Below, in pieces: positions 20,716 through 33,112 of a stretch of 64,000 bases of DNA. Under the pieces are notes generated by a model. The model saw only the letters and a program-made list of their open reading frames with translations. It searched no databases and had not been told where the DNA came from. This DNA comes from an uncultured virus (IMG/VR IMGVR_UViG_3300010351_001916) (Duplodnaviria; Heunggongvirae; Uroviricota; Caudoviricetes). The stretch is from the IMG/VR virus record IMGVR_UViG_3300010351_001916; one strand, written 5' to 3'. The position numbers were made by a program, and so were the translations under genes. Within the stretch, counting starts at the first letter, position 1; the number at the start of each line of letters is the position of its first letter.

Positions 20716-22947
20716 GTGGGTAGCGCTCTGTTGCGCGCGATCGAGCGGGCCTACGAGCTGCTCGAAACTCAGCGCACCGCGCCGGTCTGCAAGACCATCT
20801 GGGGATCGCCCGCGGGCAAGAAGCGGATCGCCGACCGCCTGGTCGCGATGCTGCCCACGCACAAGACCTACGTAGAGCCATTCGCGGGCAGCGCGGCGGT
20901 GCTGTTCGCGAAAGAGCGGAGCGAGGTCGAGGTCATCAACGACGCGGACACCGAGATCGCTCGCGCCTACAAGCTCGTTCAGAAGCTCAAAGCGAAGGAC
21001 ATCGCCCGACTCCGCGAGAAGAAGTGGGTCGGTGACGAAGCCACGTTCAAGAGCCTCATCGACGAAAACCCTCGCGACGACGTCGGCTGGCTGCACCGCT
21101 TCCTCTACCTGACCCACTTCTCGTACGGGAAGATGCGCGGCAAGAGCTTTTCGCCCTCGGTGAGCGGCGTCGAAGCAAAGACTGTCGACCGCATCGAGCA
21201 GTTCGCGCCCCGCCTCCGGGGCGTGAAGATCTACGGCGGCGACTACCGGCCCATCGTCGAGAAGTACGACGGCAAGGACACGGTCCACTTCCTCGACCCT
21301 CCCTACGCCGGATACAACGTCGATGTCGGCGAGGACGCCTTTGATGAAGCCGCGTTCTGCGAACTCCTCTGTAAGCTCGATGGCAAGTTCCTCGTAACCT
21401 ACGGCATTCGCGGGGAGCTGCCGAATTTGGTCAAGGAGGCTGGATTCGAGATTCGTCGGATTCGCACGCGCCGGAGCATCGGCTCCATGCGCGGAGTCGG
21501 CGGCCCTTCGATTCTCACCCAACTGCTCATCTCGAACTACGCCATTGCTCGCAAGAGCCTGGATGGGCTGCAGGACGACGGCTGGGAGGTCGAGGAGCCC
21601 GAGCGGGCCACGACGGTGTCGGTGCCCGGCTATTCCGACATCGGAATAGCTGACGGATCCGCCTTGGAAGCATGCGAATCCGGTGATGAAGCCCCCACCA
21701 GCGAGCTGGAGAAGGCCCAGCCCTTCGGCACCTTCGGGGGCTCGTTCCACTACGCCAAGCGGCTCCTCCCGCTCATTCCCGAGCACAAGGTCTACGTGGA
21801 GCCGTTCGCTGGCGCTGCCGCGCTTCTGCACGCCAAGGAACCCTCCGAGAAGGAAGTGCTCGCTGACCTCGATCCCGATGTGGTGTTCCTGCACCGGTCC
21901 ATCAAGGCGATGACACCGGAGCAGGTGGCCGAGCTCTCGCGCCGGTTCCCGTGGGAGGTCACCGAAGAGTCGTTCGCGAAGGCGCGGGACCTCGAGCCCA
22001 AGGATGACCTCGCGCGGTTCTACAAGCTCGTGTTCGTGCGCACCCACGCACGGGACTGCCGGCCGGATGGCACCCACCCCGCACGCCAGCACCTGGGCTC
22101 CACCACGAATCCCGAGAAGTACCTGAAAGCCGCCGAGCGGCTGCGCGACGTGACCATCCTTCGCCAGGACTACCGCAAGACGATTGAGAAGCTCGACGGC
22201 CCCGACACATTCTTCTTCATCGACCCGCCGTATCCCGGCGAGTGGTTCGACAAGGACGCGGTCATCGATCTCGACGAGTTCACCGGCGTGCTGAAGGGGA
22301 TTCGCGGGAAGTTCATTGCCGTACTCAACAACAGCCCGGAGAACGTTGCCGCGTTCAAGAAGGTCGGGCACATCTTCAAGCTCAAGGTCCGCGAGGCCTC
22401 CGGCCGCGGGGGTGCGAAGCAGGCCATGCGCCTGTTCTGCGCCAACTACCCCGTTCGCAAGAGCGTGGAGTTCGAGCTCGTGCCGAAGCGCGAAGGCGAG
22501 CCCTTTACCCGCACGTGCGCCCTGTTGAAGGGAACGGACCCGGGCGATGAGCGCTTCGTGCTGGGGATCGTGCTCGAGCCCGAGGTCGTCGACGCGCAGG
22601 GCGACATCTACTCCGCCGACGAGATCCGCCAGGCCGCTCACCGCTTCATGGAGGAGTTCGGCGGTCTGGGGCTCATGCACCGGATGCGCGTCAACGACCA
22701 GGTGAAGGTGCTGGAGAGCTACCTCGCTCCGGTCGAGTTCGATCTCGCGGGGGTGGCGGTGCGGAAAGGGACCTGGCTCCTCGGCGTGCACGTCATCTCC
22801 GATGAGCTTTGGGGCCAGGTGAAGGACGGCACGCTCACCGGCTTCTCGATCGGTGGCTCTGCTCGACGTCATCCGGAGCCGAGCAAGTCCCCGAACGTCC
22901 CCGATTCCACCGCCGCCGACTCTGCAGCTCAGGAGGTTCCCGCTTGA
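20716..22947 (+). CDS. Two tandem Dam/D12-class adenine MTase domains fused to an XkdF-like prohead protease
   Basis: YVEPFAG twice and DPPY twice; C-terminal GIVLEPEVVDAQGDIYSADEI...LMH...GTWLLG...TGFSIGG. Confidence 0.88.
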   Translation: MGSALLRAIERAYELLETQRTAPVCKTIWGSPAGKKRIADRLVAMLPTHKTYVEPFAGSAAVLFAKERSEVEVINDADTEIARAYKLVQKLKAKDIARLREKKWVGDEATFKSLIDENPRDDVGWLHRFLYLTHFSYGKMRGKSFSPSVSGVEAKTVDRIEQFAPRLRGVKIYGGDYRPIVEKYDGKDTVHFLDPPYAGYNVDVGEDAFDEAAFCELLCKLDGKFLVTYGIRGELPNLVKEAGFEIRRIRTRRSIGSMRGVGGPSILTQLLISNYAIARKSLDGLQDDGWEVEEPERATTVSVPGYSDIGIADGSALEACESGDEAPTSELEKAQPFGTFGGSFHYAKRLLPLIPEHKVYVEPFAGAAALLHAKEPSEKEVLADLDPDVVFLHRSIKAMTPEQVAELSRRFPWEVTEESFAKARDLEPKDDLARFYKLVFVRTHARDCRPDGTHPARQHLGSTTNPEKYLKAAERLRDVTILRQDYRKTIEKLDGPDTFFFIDPPYPGEWFDKDAVIDLDEFTGVLKGIRGKFIAVLNNSPENVAAFKKVGHIFKLKVREASGRGGAKQAMRLFCANYPVRKSVEFELVPKREGEPFTRTCALLKGTDPGDERFVLGIVLEPEVVDAQGDIYSADEIRQAAHRFMEEFGGLGLMHRMRVNDQVKVLESYLAPVEFDLAGVAVRKGTWLLGVHVISDELWGQVKDGTLTGFSIGGSARRHPEPSKSPNVPDSTAADSAAQEVPA

Positions 22948-23753
22948 GCGCACCCGAAGACCCCAACGCTGGTGTCCACCGGCTCGTCGACATGGTCGTC
23001 GAGGAAGTCTCCCTCGTCGACCGCGCTGCGAACAAGCACCGATTTCTCGTCGTGAAGAGGGATGAATCCATGGCTGACATGACCAAGAACAGCAGCGCAA
23101 AGCCGCCGGCGGCACCCAGCGCGCCGGAGAGCGACGGCGCCGAGCAAGTGACCAAGGCGATCGGCGACGCGCTCGGCATCGCCACGACGGCGCTCGAGGC
23201 GCTCACCAACGCGATCGAGCAACTCGGCCAGATCGTCGGCGACGCCGACACGACCCCGATTGTCGCCGAGCTTGCCGAGGAGCTCTCCTCGGTTGCCGGG
23301 CAGCTTGCCTCCGCAGCGGGCGTCGAGCCCAGCGCTTCAGGGACGTCCAGCGACGTCAGCGGCGCGGTCGAGGGCGTGCGATCGATGCTCGCTCAGGTGT
23401 CGGAGCTGCTCGCGTCGTCGGCCACGAAGAACACGCCCGAGCAGCCCCCGACGGCCTCGACTCCGGCCCCTGCGTCCGAGCCACAGCCCGGGCCGCAGGC
23501 GAGCGAGCCAAACGAGGTCTCCAAGCAGCTCTCTTCGGTGGCCGCTTCGATGCGAACGCTCGCCGACGCGATGAAGGACCAGTCCCAGCGCCTCGGGCGC
23601 CTGGAGAAGGGAGTCGGACTCCCCAATAGCCGGCAGGCTCCGGAGCGCCCCACCGGGCGACCCGGCACCGAGGAAGTGAGCTGGCCCCTCGATCTCAACC
23701 GCCCGATGGACCGGGAGAGCGTCGACAAGACGACCTCCTTCCACGACCGCTGA
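22944..23753 (+). CDS. Scaffold-like protein with N-terminal protease strand [10 protein letters not shown]
   Basis: GGAGG then TTG overlapping the upstream TGA; coiled-coil and Pro/Ala-rich; directly precedes the capsid gene. Confidence 0.7.
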   Translation: MSAPEDPNAGVHRLVDMVVEEVSLVDRAANKHRFLVVKRDESMADMTKNSSAKPPAAPSAPESDGAEQVTKAIGDALGIATTALEALTNAIEQLGQIVGDADTTPIVAELAEELSSVAGQLASAAGVEPSASGTSSDVSGAVEGVRSMLAQVSELLASSATKNTPEQPPTASTPAPASEPQPGPQASEPNEVSKQLSSVAASMRTLADAMKDQSQRLGRLEKGVGLPNSRQAPERPTGRPGTEEVSWPLDLNRPMDRESVDKTTSFHDR

Positions 23754-23766
23754 GGAAGGAAGACCC

Positions 23767-24705
23767 ATGAGCTACACGTCGAATCGGACGCTGCTCGAGA
23801 AGGCGGACCTCGCCATCGCCGACCTGACCGCGGGAGGCGGCATCCTGCTGCCCGCGCAGGCGCAGAAGTTCATGCGGCTGCTCGTCAAGCAGTCGGTGCT
23901 GATGCAGGCGGCGACCGTCGTCCCGATGCCCGCGCCCAAATACCAGGTGTCGAAGATCAGGTTCGGCAGCCGAATCCTGCGTCCGGGACACGAGGGCGTT
24001 GCCCTGACCCCGGCCGAGCGCAGCCGGCCCGACCTGTCGTTCCTCGAGCTCGATGCCCAGCTGTTCAAGGCCGAGGTACATCTCTCCGACGAGGTGCTCG
24101 AGGACAACATCGAGCGCGGTGAGCTCCGCCAGACCATCCTCGAGATGATCGCGGAGGCCGCGGGCCGGGACATGGAGGAGATCGTCATCAACGGCGACAA
24201 GACCTCTGCCGACCCGTTCCTCGCGGTGCTCGACGGCGTGCTCAAGCAGTCGACCTCCCACGTGGTCGATGTCGCGGGTGGCCCGCTGACCAAGAACATC
24301 CTGCGCGACCTGCTCAAGTCGCTGCCCACCGAGTATCTGCGCGACAAGAAGGCGATGTCGTACCTGACAAGCGTGGATGCGGACCTAGAGTACCGCAATT
24401 CGCTGGCGGAGCGAGCGACGGTCGGCGGCGACAAGTTCCTCGAGGACGACACCCCGGTGCTGTACTCGGGCGTGCCCGTCACGCCGATTCCGCTCTTCCC
24501 GGACAACCTTGGGCCGGGAAACAACCAGACCGTTGCGCTGCTGTGCAACCCCAAGAACGTCCACGTCGGCATCTGGCGCCAGATCCGGCTCGAGTCCTTC
24601 CGCGACGTGTCGGCAGGCGTGCTGCGCATCGTGGCGACACTCCGCTTTGACGTGAAATTCGCCGACGAGAACGGCACGGCCAAGGCCGTCAACATTCAGC
24701 TGTGA
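23767..24705 (+). CDS. Major capsid protein
   Basis: [34 protein letters not shown]. Confidence 0.9.
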   Translation: MSYTSNRTLLEKADLAIADLTAGGGILLPAQAQKFMRLLVKQSVLMQAATVVPMPAPKYQVSKIRFGSRILRPGHEGVALTPAERSRPDLSFLELDAQLFKAEVHLSDEVLEDNIERGELRQTILEMIAEAAGRDMEEIVINGDKTSADPFLAVLDGVLKQSTSHVVDVAGGPLTKNILRDLLKSLPTEYLRDKKAMSYLTSVDADLEYRNSLAERATVGGDKFLEDDTPVLYSGVPVTPIPLFPDNLGPGNNQTVALLCNPKNVHVGIWRQIRLESFRDVSAGVLRIVATLRFDVKFADENGTAKAVNIQL

Positions 24706-24715
24706 GGCAGTCGCG

Positions 24716-25096
24716 ATGGACACCATGCTCGTTCGACTCAAGCCTTTCGACCCGCGTCGCGGACACGTGCTGAGGCGCTTCACGTACGCAGGCGTGAAGA
24801 TCCACGAGGAACGCGGCTGGCATCGCGTCAGCAAGCAGGTCGCGGACTATCTGCGCGGTGTGCGCCAGGTGAACGGTGACGAGTACTCGCCGCTCGCCTT
24901 CGACGTGTGCACCGACGAGGAAGCCAAAGCGCTGGATGCCCGTGAGGAGGTCGAGACCAAGGTCCGCCGCAGCGCCACGGATGAGGTTCGGCTGACACCG
25001 TCGCGAAACGACGGGGTACTGACGAGCGCACAGCTCCCGGAGCCGGCCAAGCCGAACGGCCAGGCCGATCCAAAGACGCGCAAGGACCGCGGCTGA
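24716..25096 (+). CDS. Hypothetical head-associated protein
   Basis: Position after the capsid gene. Confidence 0.6.
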   Translation: MDTMLVRLKPFDPRRGHVLRRFTYAGVKIHEERGWHRVSKQVADYLRGVRQVNGDEYSPLAFDVCTDEEAKALDAREEVETKVRRSATDEVRLTPSRNDGVLTSAQLPEPAKPNGQADPKTRKDRG

Positions 25097-25097
25097 C

Positions 25098-25733
25098 ATG
25101 TACGCGTCCCTGGCCGACATGCGTGCTGAAGGCGTGACGCCTGCCCAGGCGAGCGACGAGCGACTCACCGCTCTGCTCGTCGAGGCGTCGGCCTTCGTCG
25201 ACCACGTGACGGGGTGGTTCTTCGAGCCCCGGACGATGGCCCTGCGCATGGATGGCCGAGGGACGCCTTCGTTGGAGCCGCCGGTCCCCCCCATCCGCGT
25301 GGACGAGCTGCTGATCGATGGCGTCGCCGCATCGCTTGCCCAGGACGACATCGCGATTCGCGGTGCCCCCGTATCGCCTGGATTCGATGCGCCGCGGTTC
25401 ACGCTCGTTCGTTCCGTGTTCCCCAAGGGCACGGACAACATCGTAGTGACGGGGCTTTGGGGCTACACCGAGCCGGACGGCACGCCCACCGGCGCAACGC
25501 CGCCCGCGATTCGCCGCGCCGTGATGCTGCTCGTCATGCGCTGGCTCCCTCTGCTGGGGAATGCCGAGGCCGCCGCTGCCAAGTCGCAGTGGCGCATTCT
25601 CGAGGAGCGGACGCGCGATCAGAGCTATCGGCTCTCGCCGCTCTCCTCCGTGGGCGTGACCTTCACGAGCGACCCGGAGATCGACCTGCTCCTAGCGCGC
25701 TATCGGAAGCCCATCGGCCTGGGAGCGGTCTGA
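25098..25733 (+). CDS. Head-tail connector/adaptor
   Basis: MYASLADM...ASAFVDHVTG...WGY...PPAIRRAV. Confidence 0.7.
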   Translation: MYASLADMRAEGVTPAQASDERLTALLVEASAFVDHVTGWFFEPRTMALRMDGRGTPSLEPPVPPIRVDELLIDGVAASLAQDDIAIRGAPVSPGFDAPRFTLVRSVFPKGTDNIVVTGLWGYTEPDGTPTGATPPAIRRAVMLLVMRWLPLLGNAEAAAAKSQWRILEERTRDQSYRLSPLSSVGVTFTSDPEIDLLLARYRKPIGLGAV

Positions 25734-26275
25734 TGCGCGGGAGGCTCATTTTCAAGTTCCTGGCCGAGCTCCATCGATTGGACACGAAGGCCCTCGCCAC
25801 GGAAGACCCGGACGGCGCAGGACCGCTCACCGGGGGCTACGACCCGGACTTCAAGGAGCCCGTGCTGGTCGACACCAACGACGACGGCATCGGCGAGCGC
25901 ATTCGCAACGAGCACGCTCCCGTGCGTGTGCCCTGCCAGGTAGAGCCCGACACGTTCGAGGCGCTGCAGGAGTACGCGTCGGGCAACTCGCCGCGATCGC
26001 GTGTCCGACTGGTGTTCCACTTCGCCGAGCTCGAGCGCTTGGGCCTCGTGGACTTCGCAACCGGCGAAGCGCTCGTCCGCGTCGGCGACCGGCTCGGCGC
26101 CCTCTACGACCTGGGCGGCGCGCTCGTGCAGGCGGTGCGCACACCGCCCGGACTGTTCGTGACCGAGGCCAAGCCCATGGGCTTTGGCCTCTTCATGCCG
26201 CGACCGCGGCGCAACCTGCTGCTCGCGACCTTCGAGGACCGCGAGACGGCAGCCCCGAGGGGAGTGTCTCGATGA
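25733..26275 (+). CDS. Probable head-closure protein
   Basis: Position and translational coupling. Confidence 0.5.
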   Translation: MRGRLIFKFLAELHRLDTKALATEDPDGAGPLTGGYDPDFKEPVLVDTNDDGIGERIRNEHAPVRVPCQVEPDTFEALQEYASGNSPRSRVRLVFHFAELERLGLVDFATGEALVRVGDRLGALYDLGGALVQAVRTPPGLFVTEAKPMGFGLFMPRPRRNLLLATFEDRETAAPRGVSR

Positions 26276-26538
26276 TGAAGCTGCTGTTGGTGTTGATTCC
26301 GGCGTTGGCGCTCTGCGCCTGTGGCCCGGAGAAGAAGTGTCTGGTGAACGAGACCCGCTGTTCCGGCGCGGAGGTGCAGGTCTGCGAGAGCGACGGGCGC
26401 TGGGCCACGTTCATGGACTGCGACGAAGTCTCCGGTTTCAGCGGTGGGCAGTGGGACTGCGCGCCGTTCGAGGACGGCTCCGGGCATACCTGCCTGCCGG
26501 TCCCCACCGATGCGACGGTGGATGGAGGTGAGAGATGA
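26272..26538 (+). CDS. Small Cys-rich lipoprotein
   Basis: Signal peptide and lipobox-like ALCAC; several downstream cysteines. Confidence 0.65.
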   Translation: MMKLLLVLIPALALCACGPEKKCLVNETRCSGAEVQVCESDGRWATFMDCDEVSGFSGGQWDCAPFEDGSGHTCLPVPTDATVDGGER

Positions 26539-27134
26539 AGGACCCGACTCCCGAACAGGTCGAGAGGTACTGGCGATACATGCTGGCGGTCTTCAAGGCC
26601 TCCGTGGTCGACAAGCGCAATTCGTTCGAGATGAAGGCGCTTGCGATGCTGCTCGGCAAGGCGGGCATCCTCGACCCGGAGAAGTTCCTCGCACACTACG
26701 CGACCACTATCGGCCGGCGGATTTACGTGCCATTCGACATCGGTGTCCCTACGGCGGAGTGGAGCCTGTGGGGCCAGATCGTGGTCTGCGCCCACGAGTG
26801 CCAGCACATTCACCAGCTCGACTGGATGGGACCACTCCGCTTTGCCTGGAAGTATGTCGGCTCGTCCGCCGGACGAGCGCACCTCGAGGCCGAGGCGTAC
26901 CGCTGCCAGCTCGAGCTGCATCACTGGCGTACGGGCGAGATCCTGCCGGCGGAGAAGATCGTCGCGCCGCTGAAGGCCTACAATGTCAGCGATAACGACA
27001 TCGCGGTCGCCGCGACCATCATCCGCTCGGCCTCCGAGGCGGTGCGGCGTGGGGCGATCACGAACCACGCGAGCCACGCCGCGATCGAGTACCTCGACGC
27101 GTACGCCCACGACCTCCGCCAACCCTCGAACTGA
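26535..27134 (+). CDS. HEXXH metallopeptidase-like protein
   Basis: AHECQHIHQ...LEAEAY. Confidence 0.6.
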   Translation: MKDPTPEQVERYWRYMLAVFKASVVDKRNSFEMKALAMLLGKAGILDPEKFLAHYATTIGRRIYVPFDIGVPTAEWSLWGQIVVCAHECQHIHQLDWMGPLRFAWKYVGSSAGRAHLEAEAYRCQLELHHWRTGEILPAEKIVAPLKAYNVSDNDIAVAATIIRSASEAVRRGAITNHASHAAIEYLDAYAHDLRQPSN

Positions 27135-27137
27135 CCG

Positions 27138-27731
27138 ATGGCCGCGCTGCAAACCGGAGACTGGGCGCTCGCCAGGCGAATCCTCGCCGGGGGAGGCGCC
27201 CGGTTGAAGGGCGCGGTCGCCACAGCGCTCAAGCAAGAGGCGCAGGGCCTCCGCAAGGAGATTGTCCAGGGGATTACGAAGCAGGCTCCTGGCGGCCAGG
27301 CGTTCTCGCGACTTGCCCCCACGACCATCGCAGCGCGGCAGCTCAAGGGCTTCGGGGGGAGCAAAGCACTCATCCGGAAAGGCGACCTGCGAAACTCCAT
27401 CACCGTCGTGGGCGACGCGGACGAGGTATTCGTCGGCGTGCTGCGGAAGGCTCGCGGGAAGGGGGGCTCGTCGCTGGCGAACGTGGCCGAGATCCACGAA
27501 TTCGGGGCCGGACCCTTCGTGGTGCCGATGACGCCCAAGATGCGGCGGTTCCTGTTCGTGCTGCTCAAGAAGGCCGGCGTCGAGCCTTCGTCATCGGGCG
27601 GCGGGAAGGGCGTGGTCGTCATCCAGATTCCGGCGCGCCCGTTCCTGCGTCCGGCCTTCGAGGCGTTCAAGAAAGGCGCGCAGAAGCGCTTTCTCGAGCG
27701 CATCGCCCGAGCGCTCGGGCTGCGGGTGTAG
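27138..27731 (+). CDS. Virion morphogenesis / tail completion protein
   Basis: [24 protein letters not shown]. Confidence 0.8.
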   Translation: MAALQTGDWALARRILAGGGARLKGAVATALKQEAQGLRKEIVQGITKQAPGGQAFSRLAPTTIAARQLKGFGGSKALIRKGDLRNSITVVGDADEVFVGVLRKARGKGGSSLANVAEIHEFGAGPFVVPMTPKMRRFLFVLLKKAGVEPSSSGGGKGVVVIQIPARPFLRPAFEAFKKGAQKRFLERIARALGLRV

Positions 27732-27734
27732 GTC

Positions 27735-28640
27735 GTGGCGATTCCCACGCTCCTTCCACCCGAGCCGGCGTCCGGCCCCACCAGCGGCGGCGACCTGGTC
27801 ACCCTGCACGGGATCGGATTCGCCACCAAGGTGGCAGTTCGATTCGGCGCTGCCGATGCCGTGGTGGAGTCCGTTCGTCAGGACGGCGCGCAATCGATTG
27901 CGGTCGTCAGAACCCCACCGCACGCCGAGGCCTTGGTCGACATCGCGTTGCAGAACCTCGACGCTGCTGGGCTGATCATCCCCGGTGAGCTCGCGCTCCT
28001 GTCCTCCGCTTACCGTTTCCTGCGGCCGCGGATCGTGCGCGAGGCGGACCTCACCAGGCTCATTCGCTCCTTGCTCCGCGAGCTCAAGCGCCAGGTCATC
28101 GAGAACGTCTCGCTGTCGGTCGCCGTCGACTTCGACGACACACCGCTGGATGGCCTGGACATCATCGCGATCTCGAAGCTCCCCTCGCTGGTGCTCTCCG
28201 GCCCACGCCTGCGTGAGAATCGAGCGCTCTCGACCAACGAGCTGCTCGAGGAGGCGGTGACCGGCCCCTCGGGCCCCGAGCTGCGACGGCGACGACCGCC
28301 CCTGACGGTCGACCTCGAGTTCGGCATCACGGGCGCCTCGGATCGCGCCATCGAGCTGCTCAATCTGATCGGCGCCACCTCGACGTTCCTGAACACGAAC
28401 CGCTGGATCGCGATGCTCCGTGACCCCGATGCGCCCGACAAGGGCTCTGTACGTTGGGAGATGGATCCCCTCGGCGAGCTGCACGTGAACCTCGAAGGCA
28501 AGGACGACGTCCGCGCGTTCACGTGGGGGCTTGTCATCCGCGGCTTCGACATCGACGAGGGCCAGCTCCTCGACCTGGGCAAGGCCGTGTCCGACGCTGG
28601 CGCCGAGGTGAACATCGGCTCTCACGGGGCGACCCAATGA
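27735..28640 (+). CDS. IPT/TIG domain plus tail terminator-like protein
   Basis: [19 protein letters not shown]; position before the sheath gene. Confidence 0.6.
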   Translation: MAIPTLLPPEPASGPTSGGDLVTLHGIGFATKVAVRFGAADAVVESVRQDGAQSIAVVRTPPHAEALVDIALQNLDAAGLIIPGELALLSSAYRFLRPRIVREADLTRLIRSLLRELKRQVIENVSLSVAVDFDDTPLDGLDIIAISKLPSLVLSGPRLRENRALSTNELLEEAVTGPSGPELRRRRPPLTVDLEFGITGASDRAIELLNLIGATSTFLNTNRWIAMLRDPDAPDKGSVRWEMDPLGELHVNLEGKDDVRAFTWGLVIRGFDIDEGQLLDLGKAVSDAGAEVNIGSHGATQ

Positions 28641-28656
28641 AGGTGCGAGGCAATTG

Positions 28657-30876
<2,220 letters not shown>

Positions 30877-30887
30877 TCGGAGGAGTC

Positions 30888-31349
30888 ATGGCAGTCATCG
30901 GCAACCCGCGCAGCTTCCACAAAAAGTTCAAGTTCGTCGTCGAGATCGACGACATCGGCCACGCCGGCTTCCAGAAGTGCAGCGAGCTCTCGGTCGAGGT
31001 CGCGAACGTGCAGTACTTCGAGGGCGGCTCGCTCATCCCGAACAAGAGCCCTGGCCGTGTGACGTTCGCGGACGTCACGCTCGAGCGCGGCGCCACCGTG
31101 GACCGCGACCTGTTCGACTGGCTGCAGGACGTCGTGGTCACCTCCAGCGGGCTCGGGCTCACCGACCCGTACTACAAGCGCAACCTCGACATCGTGCAGC
31201 AGGACCGCGACGGCACGACGCTCCGCCGCTGGTGCTTGTCACGCGCCTGGCCGACGAAGTTCGTGGCCGGGGAGTGGGATAACGAGGCGGACGAGAACGT
31301 GATCGAGTCGGTGACGCTCTCCTACGATTTCTTCGAGTTGATTCAGTGA
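30888..31349 (+). CDS. Tail tube protein (T4 gp19-like)
   Basis: [29 protein letters not shown]. Confidence 0.92.
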   Translation: MAVIGNPRSFHKKFKFVVEIDDIGHAGFQKCSELSVEVANVQYFEGGSLIPNKSPGRVTFADVTLERGATVDRDLFDWLQDVVVTSSGLGLTDPYYKRNLDIVQQDRDGTTLRRWCLSRAWPTKFVAGEWDNEADENVIESVTLSYDFFELIQ

Positions 31350-31355
31350 GGCGGG

Positions 31356-32378
31356 CTACTTCGGGAGGTACGCCCGGACGACGTCTCCGATGCGGCGCTG
31401 AAGTTCCTGTACCCCGTCAAGCACGCGCCTCGCGACGACAGCCTCGCCCTCGACGTCGGCCATGCCCACGTCCTTCATGACCGCAACCGTCTTCAGGACT
31501 CGCGCCTGGTAATTGATCTCGGCTACGAGTTCGCTGATGCCCGGAGCGAGTCCTTCGCACGAGTAGGCGTGGACGGCGCGGCTCGTCGCGTGCTCTTCAA
31601 TAAGGCTTGCGACATCCTGAACCTGCTCTCCCGTCAGACGCTGGTCGACGATCGCAAGTTGCAGCATGCCTGTCAGGTTCGTCCATCCTTGGTTCAGAAT
31701 GCTCAGCGCGGCCTTCGCTCGCCGAGCATCAGCCTGATGCCCACGAATGGCCTCATCACTCAGCACCTGGAGATTCCTCGCGAGTTCAGCTCGATCGTGA
31801 GCCCGCCCTTCACGCTCCTTCTGCAACTCGGCGCTTAGCGCGAGATGGGAATTCGGAAGGTGCTTCGCTGCGATGTCGAGATGGGCTGTGAGCAGGTCGA
31901 CCAAGTCGGTCGCGTCGCGGTACTCGATGGCGCATGCCTGAATCCGCTGCTGCACCTGGGCATGCGCCCCCTTGAATGTGGCCGCGAACGTGCTCGCGTC
32001 TGTCCTCAGTCCCGCCATTAGCCAGCCGAGTTCGGGGTGCGAGAGCTGTCGGGGGAACAGCAGAACCCACGAGCTACAGGTGAACGGATGGCAGTGGGCT
32101 CGAACGAAAGCGTCGACCACTGCTTTCTTGTGGGCGTCCTTGTCGTCGCTCAGGTCCTGGAAGAACTTGGCTTGATAGACACGGCCATCTCCGGTGACCG
32201 GGTCCTGAAACCCAACCCCATCAAGCCCACCGTCTCCGCGTGTCACCCGTACGTTGTGTACCCTCGGGTCAGTACGGCGAAGGAGGTCGGTCCAGATCGC
32301 CTCGTGAAGGTCGCCGGCCGCCGTATACGTGCCGTTCGGGGCGTTTTCGAGGATGGCCTGATAGATGTCGATGGGCAT
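31356..32378 (-). CDS. Restriction-endonuclease-fold protein (Mrr-like N-terminus) with helical C-terminus
   Basis: HE...RGDGGLDG...YQAKFF; antisense cargo. Confidence 0.65.
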   Translation of the reverse strand: MPIDIYQAILENAPNGTYTAAGDLHEAIWTDLLRRTDPRVHNVRVTRGDGGLDGVGFQDPVTGDGRVYQAKFFQDLSDDKDAHKKAVVDAFVRAHCHPFTCSSWVLLFPRQLSHPELGWLMAGLRTDASTFAATFKGAHAQVQQRIQACAIEYRDATDLVDLLTAHLDIAAKHLPNSHLALSAELQKEREGRAHDRAELARNLQVLSDEAIRGHQADARRAKAALSILNQGWTNLTGMLQLAIVDQRLTGEQVQDVASLIEEHATSRAVHAYSCEGLAPGISELVAEINYQARVLKTVAVMKDVGMADVEGEAVVARRVLDGVQELQRRIGDVVRAYLPK

Positions 32379-32477
32379 TTGCCCACATTATGTCGACACG
32401 AAGCGTCGGTCCAGCCTATCCCCCGCGAGCCTGTCCCCGAGCGACGTTTGCTGGGCGTTGCCCCTCGCAGGCGGTTG

Positions 32478-32664
32478 ATGGTCAACACCATCACGTGCCC
32501 GTCGGGGCTCTCGGGCCGTATCCACAGCCTCAAGGTACCCGAAGAGTGCTTTCTTACGGATCGAAAGCCCGCCAAGAGCGGGAGGGAGCGTCGTCGACGA
32601 GGCGGACGAGAACGTGATCGAATCGGTGACGTTGGCTTACGTTTGCTTCGAGCTGATTCAGCGA
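32478..32664 (+). pseudogene. Chimeric remnant: 5' end of a tail chaperone joined to the 3' end of a tail tube gene
   Basis: 32478-32601 resembles 33745-33864; 32597-32664 resembles 31282-31349. Confidence 0.85.
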
Positions 32665-32683
32665 CCTTGGCCCGTGTCGGCGG

Positions 32684-33112
32684 TCACTGGACTATGGGAC
32701 GTATTGTGTCAATGAAGTCTAACGTCGGGAGGCGCTTCGAAGGAAGGGGCCTCTGCCCCAAACATACCCACCTACCGTCGCGCAAGACGAGAACCTCGCG
32801 TACTTGCCCGAGCAGTCGCTGGGCTAGGCTTCCCGACGGTCTGACTGACGCGAGAATCTGACCTCGCTCATAGAGCGCGATCGGTACCAACGCGAGTGTC
32901 GCCGATTGGGCGACGTTCACTATCACGATTAGGGCCGTATCCACTTCGTAGTTGCCTAGGCGAGGATCTGCGCTGTCATAATGCGGGAGAATTGGGACGC
33001 CCGCTGTGCTTCGATGGGAATTGACTCCTGGAATCCTGTCGGGAAGTTCGAGCGTCAGCCGCATGCAGGCATCTTCGTACTCGTGTACCGCTGGATGGGT
33101 CACGCCAGTCAT
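32684..33112 (-). CDS. Hypothetical cargo protein
   Basis: ATGA-coupled to the upstream 2-TM gene. Confidence 0.55.
   Translation of the reverse strand: MTGVTHPAVHEYEDACMRLTLELPDRIPGVNSHRSTAGVPILPHYDSADPRLGNYEVDTALIVIVNVAQSATLALVPIALYERGQILASVRPSGSLAQRLLGQVREVLVLRDGRWVCLGQRPLPSKRLPTLDFIDTIRPIVQ

Noticed and set aside
20557..23115. Long antisense ORFs (852 aa here; also 10091-11899 and 34841-36574)
   Set aside because: They shadow recognised genes and are expected in high-GC DNA
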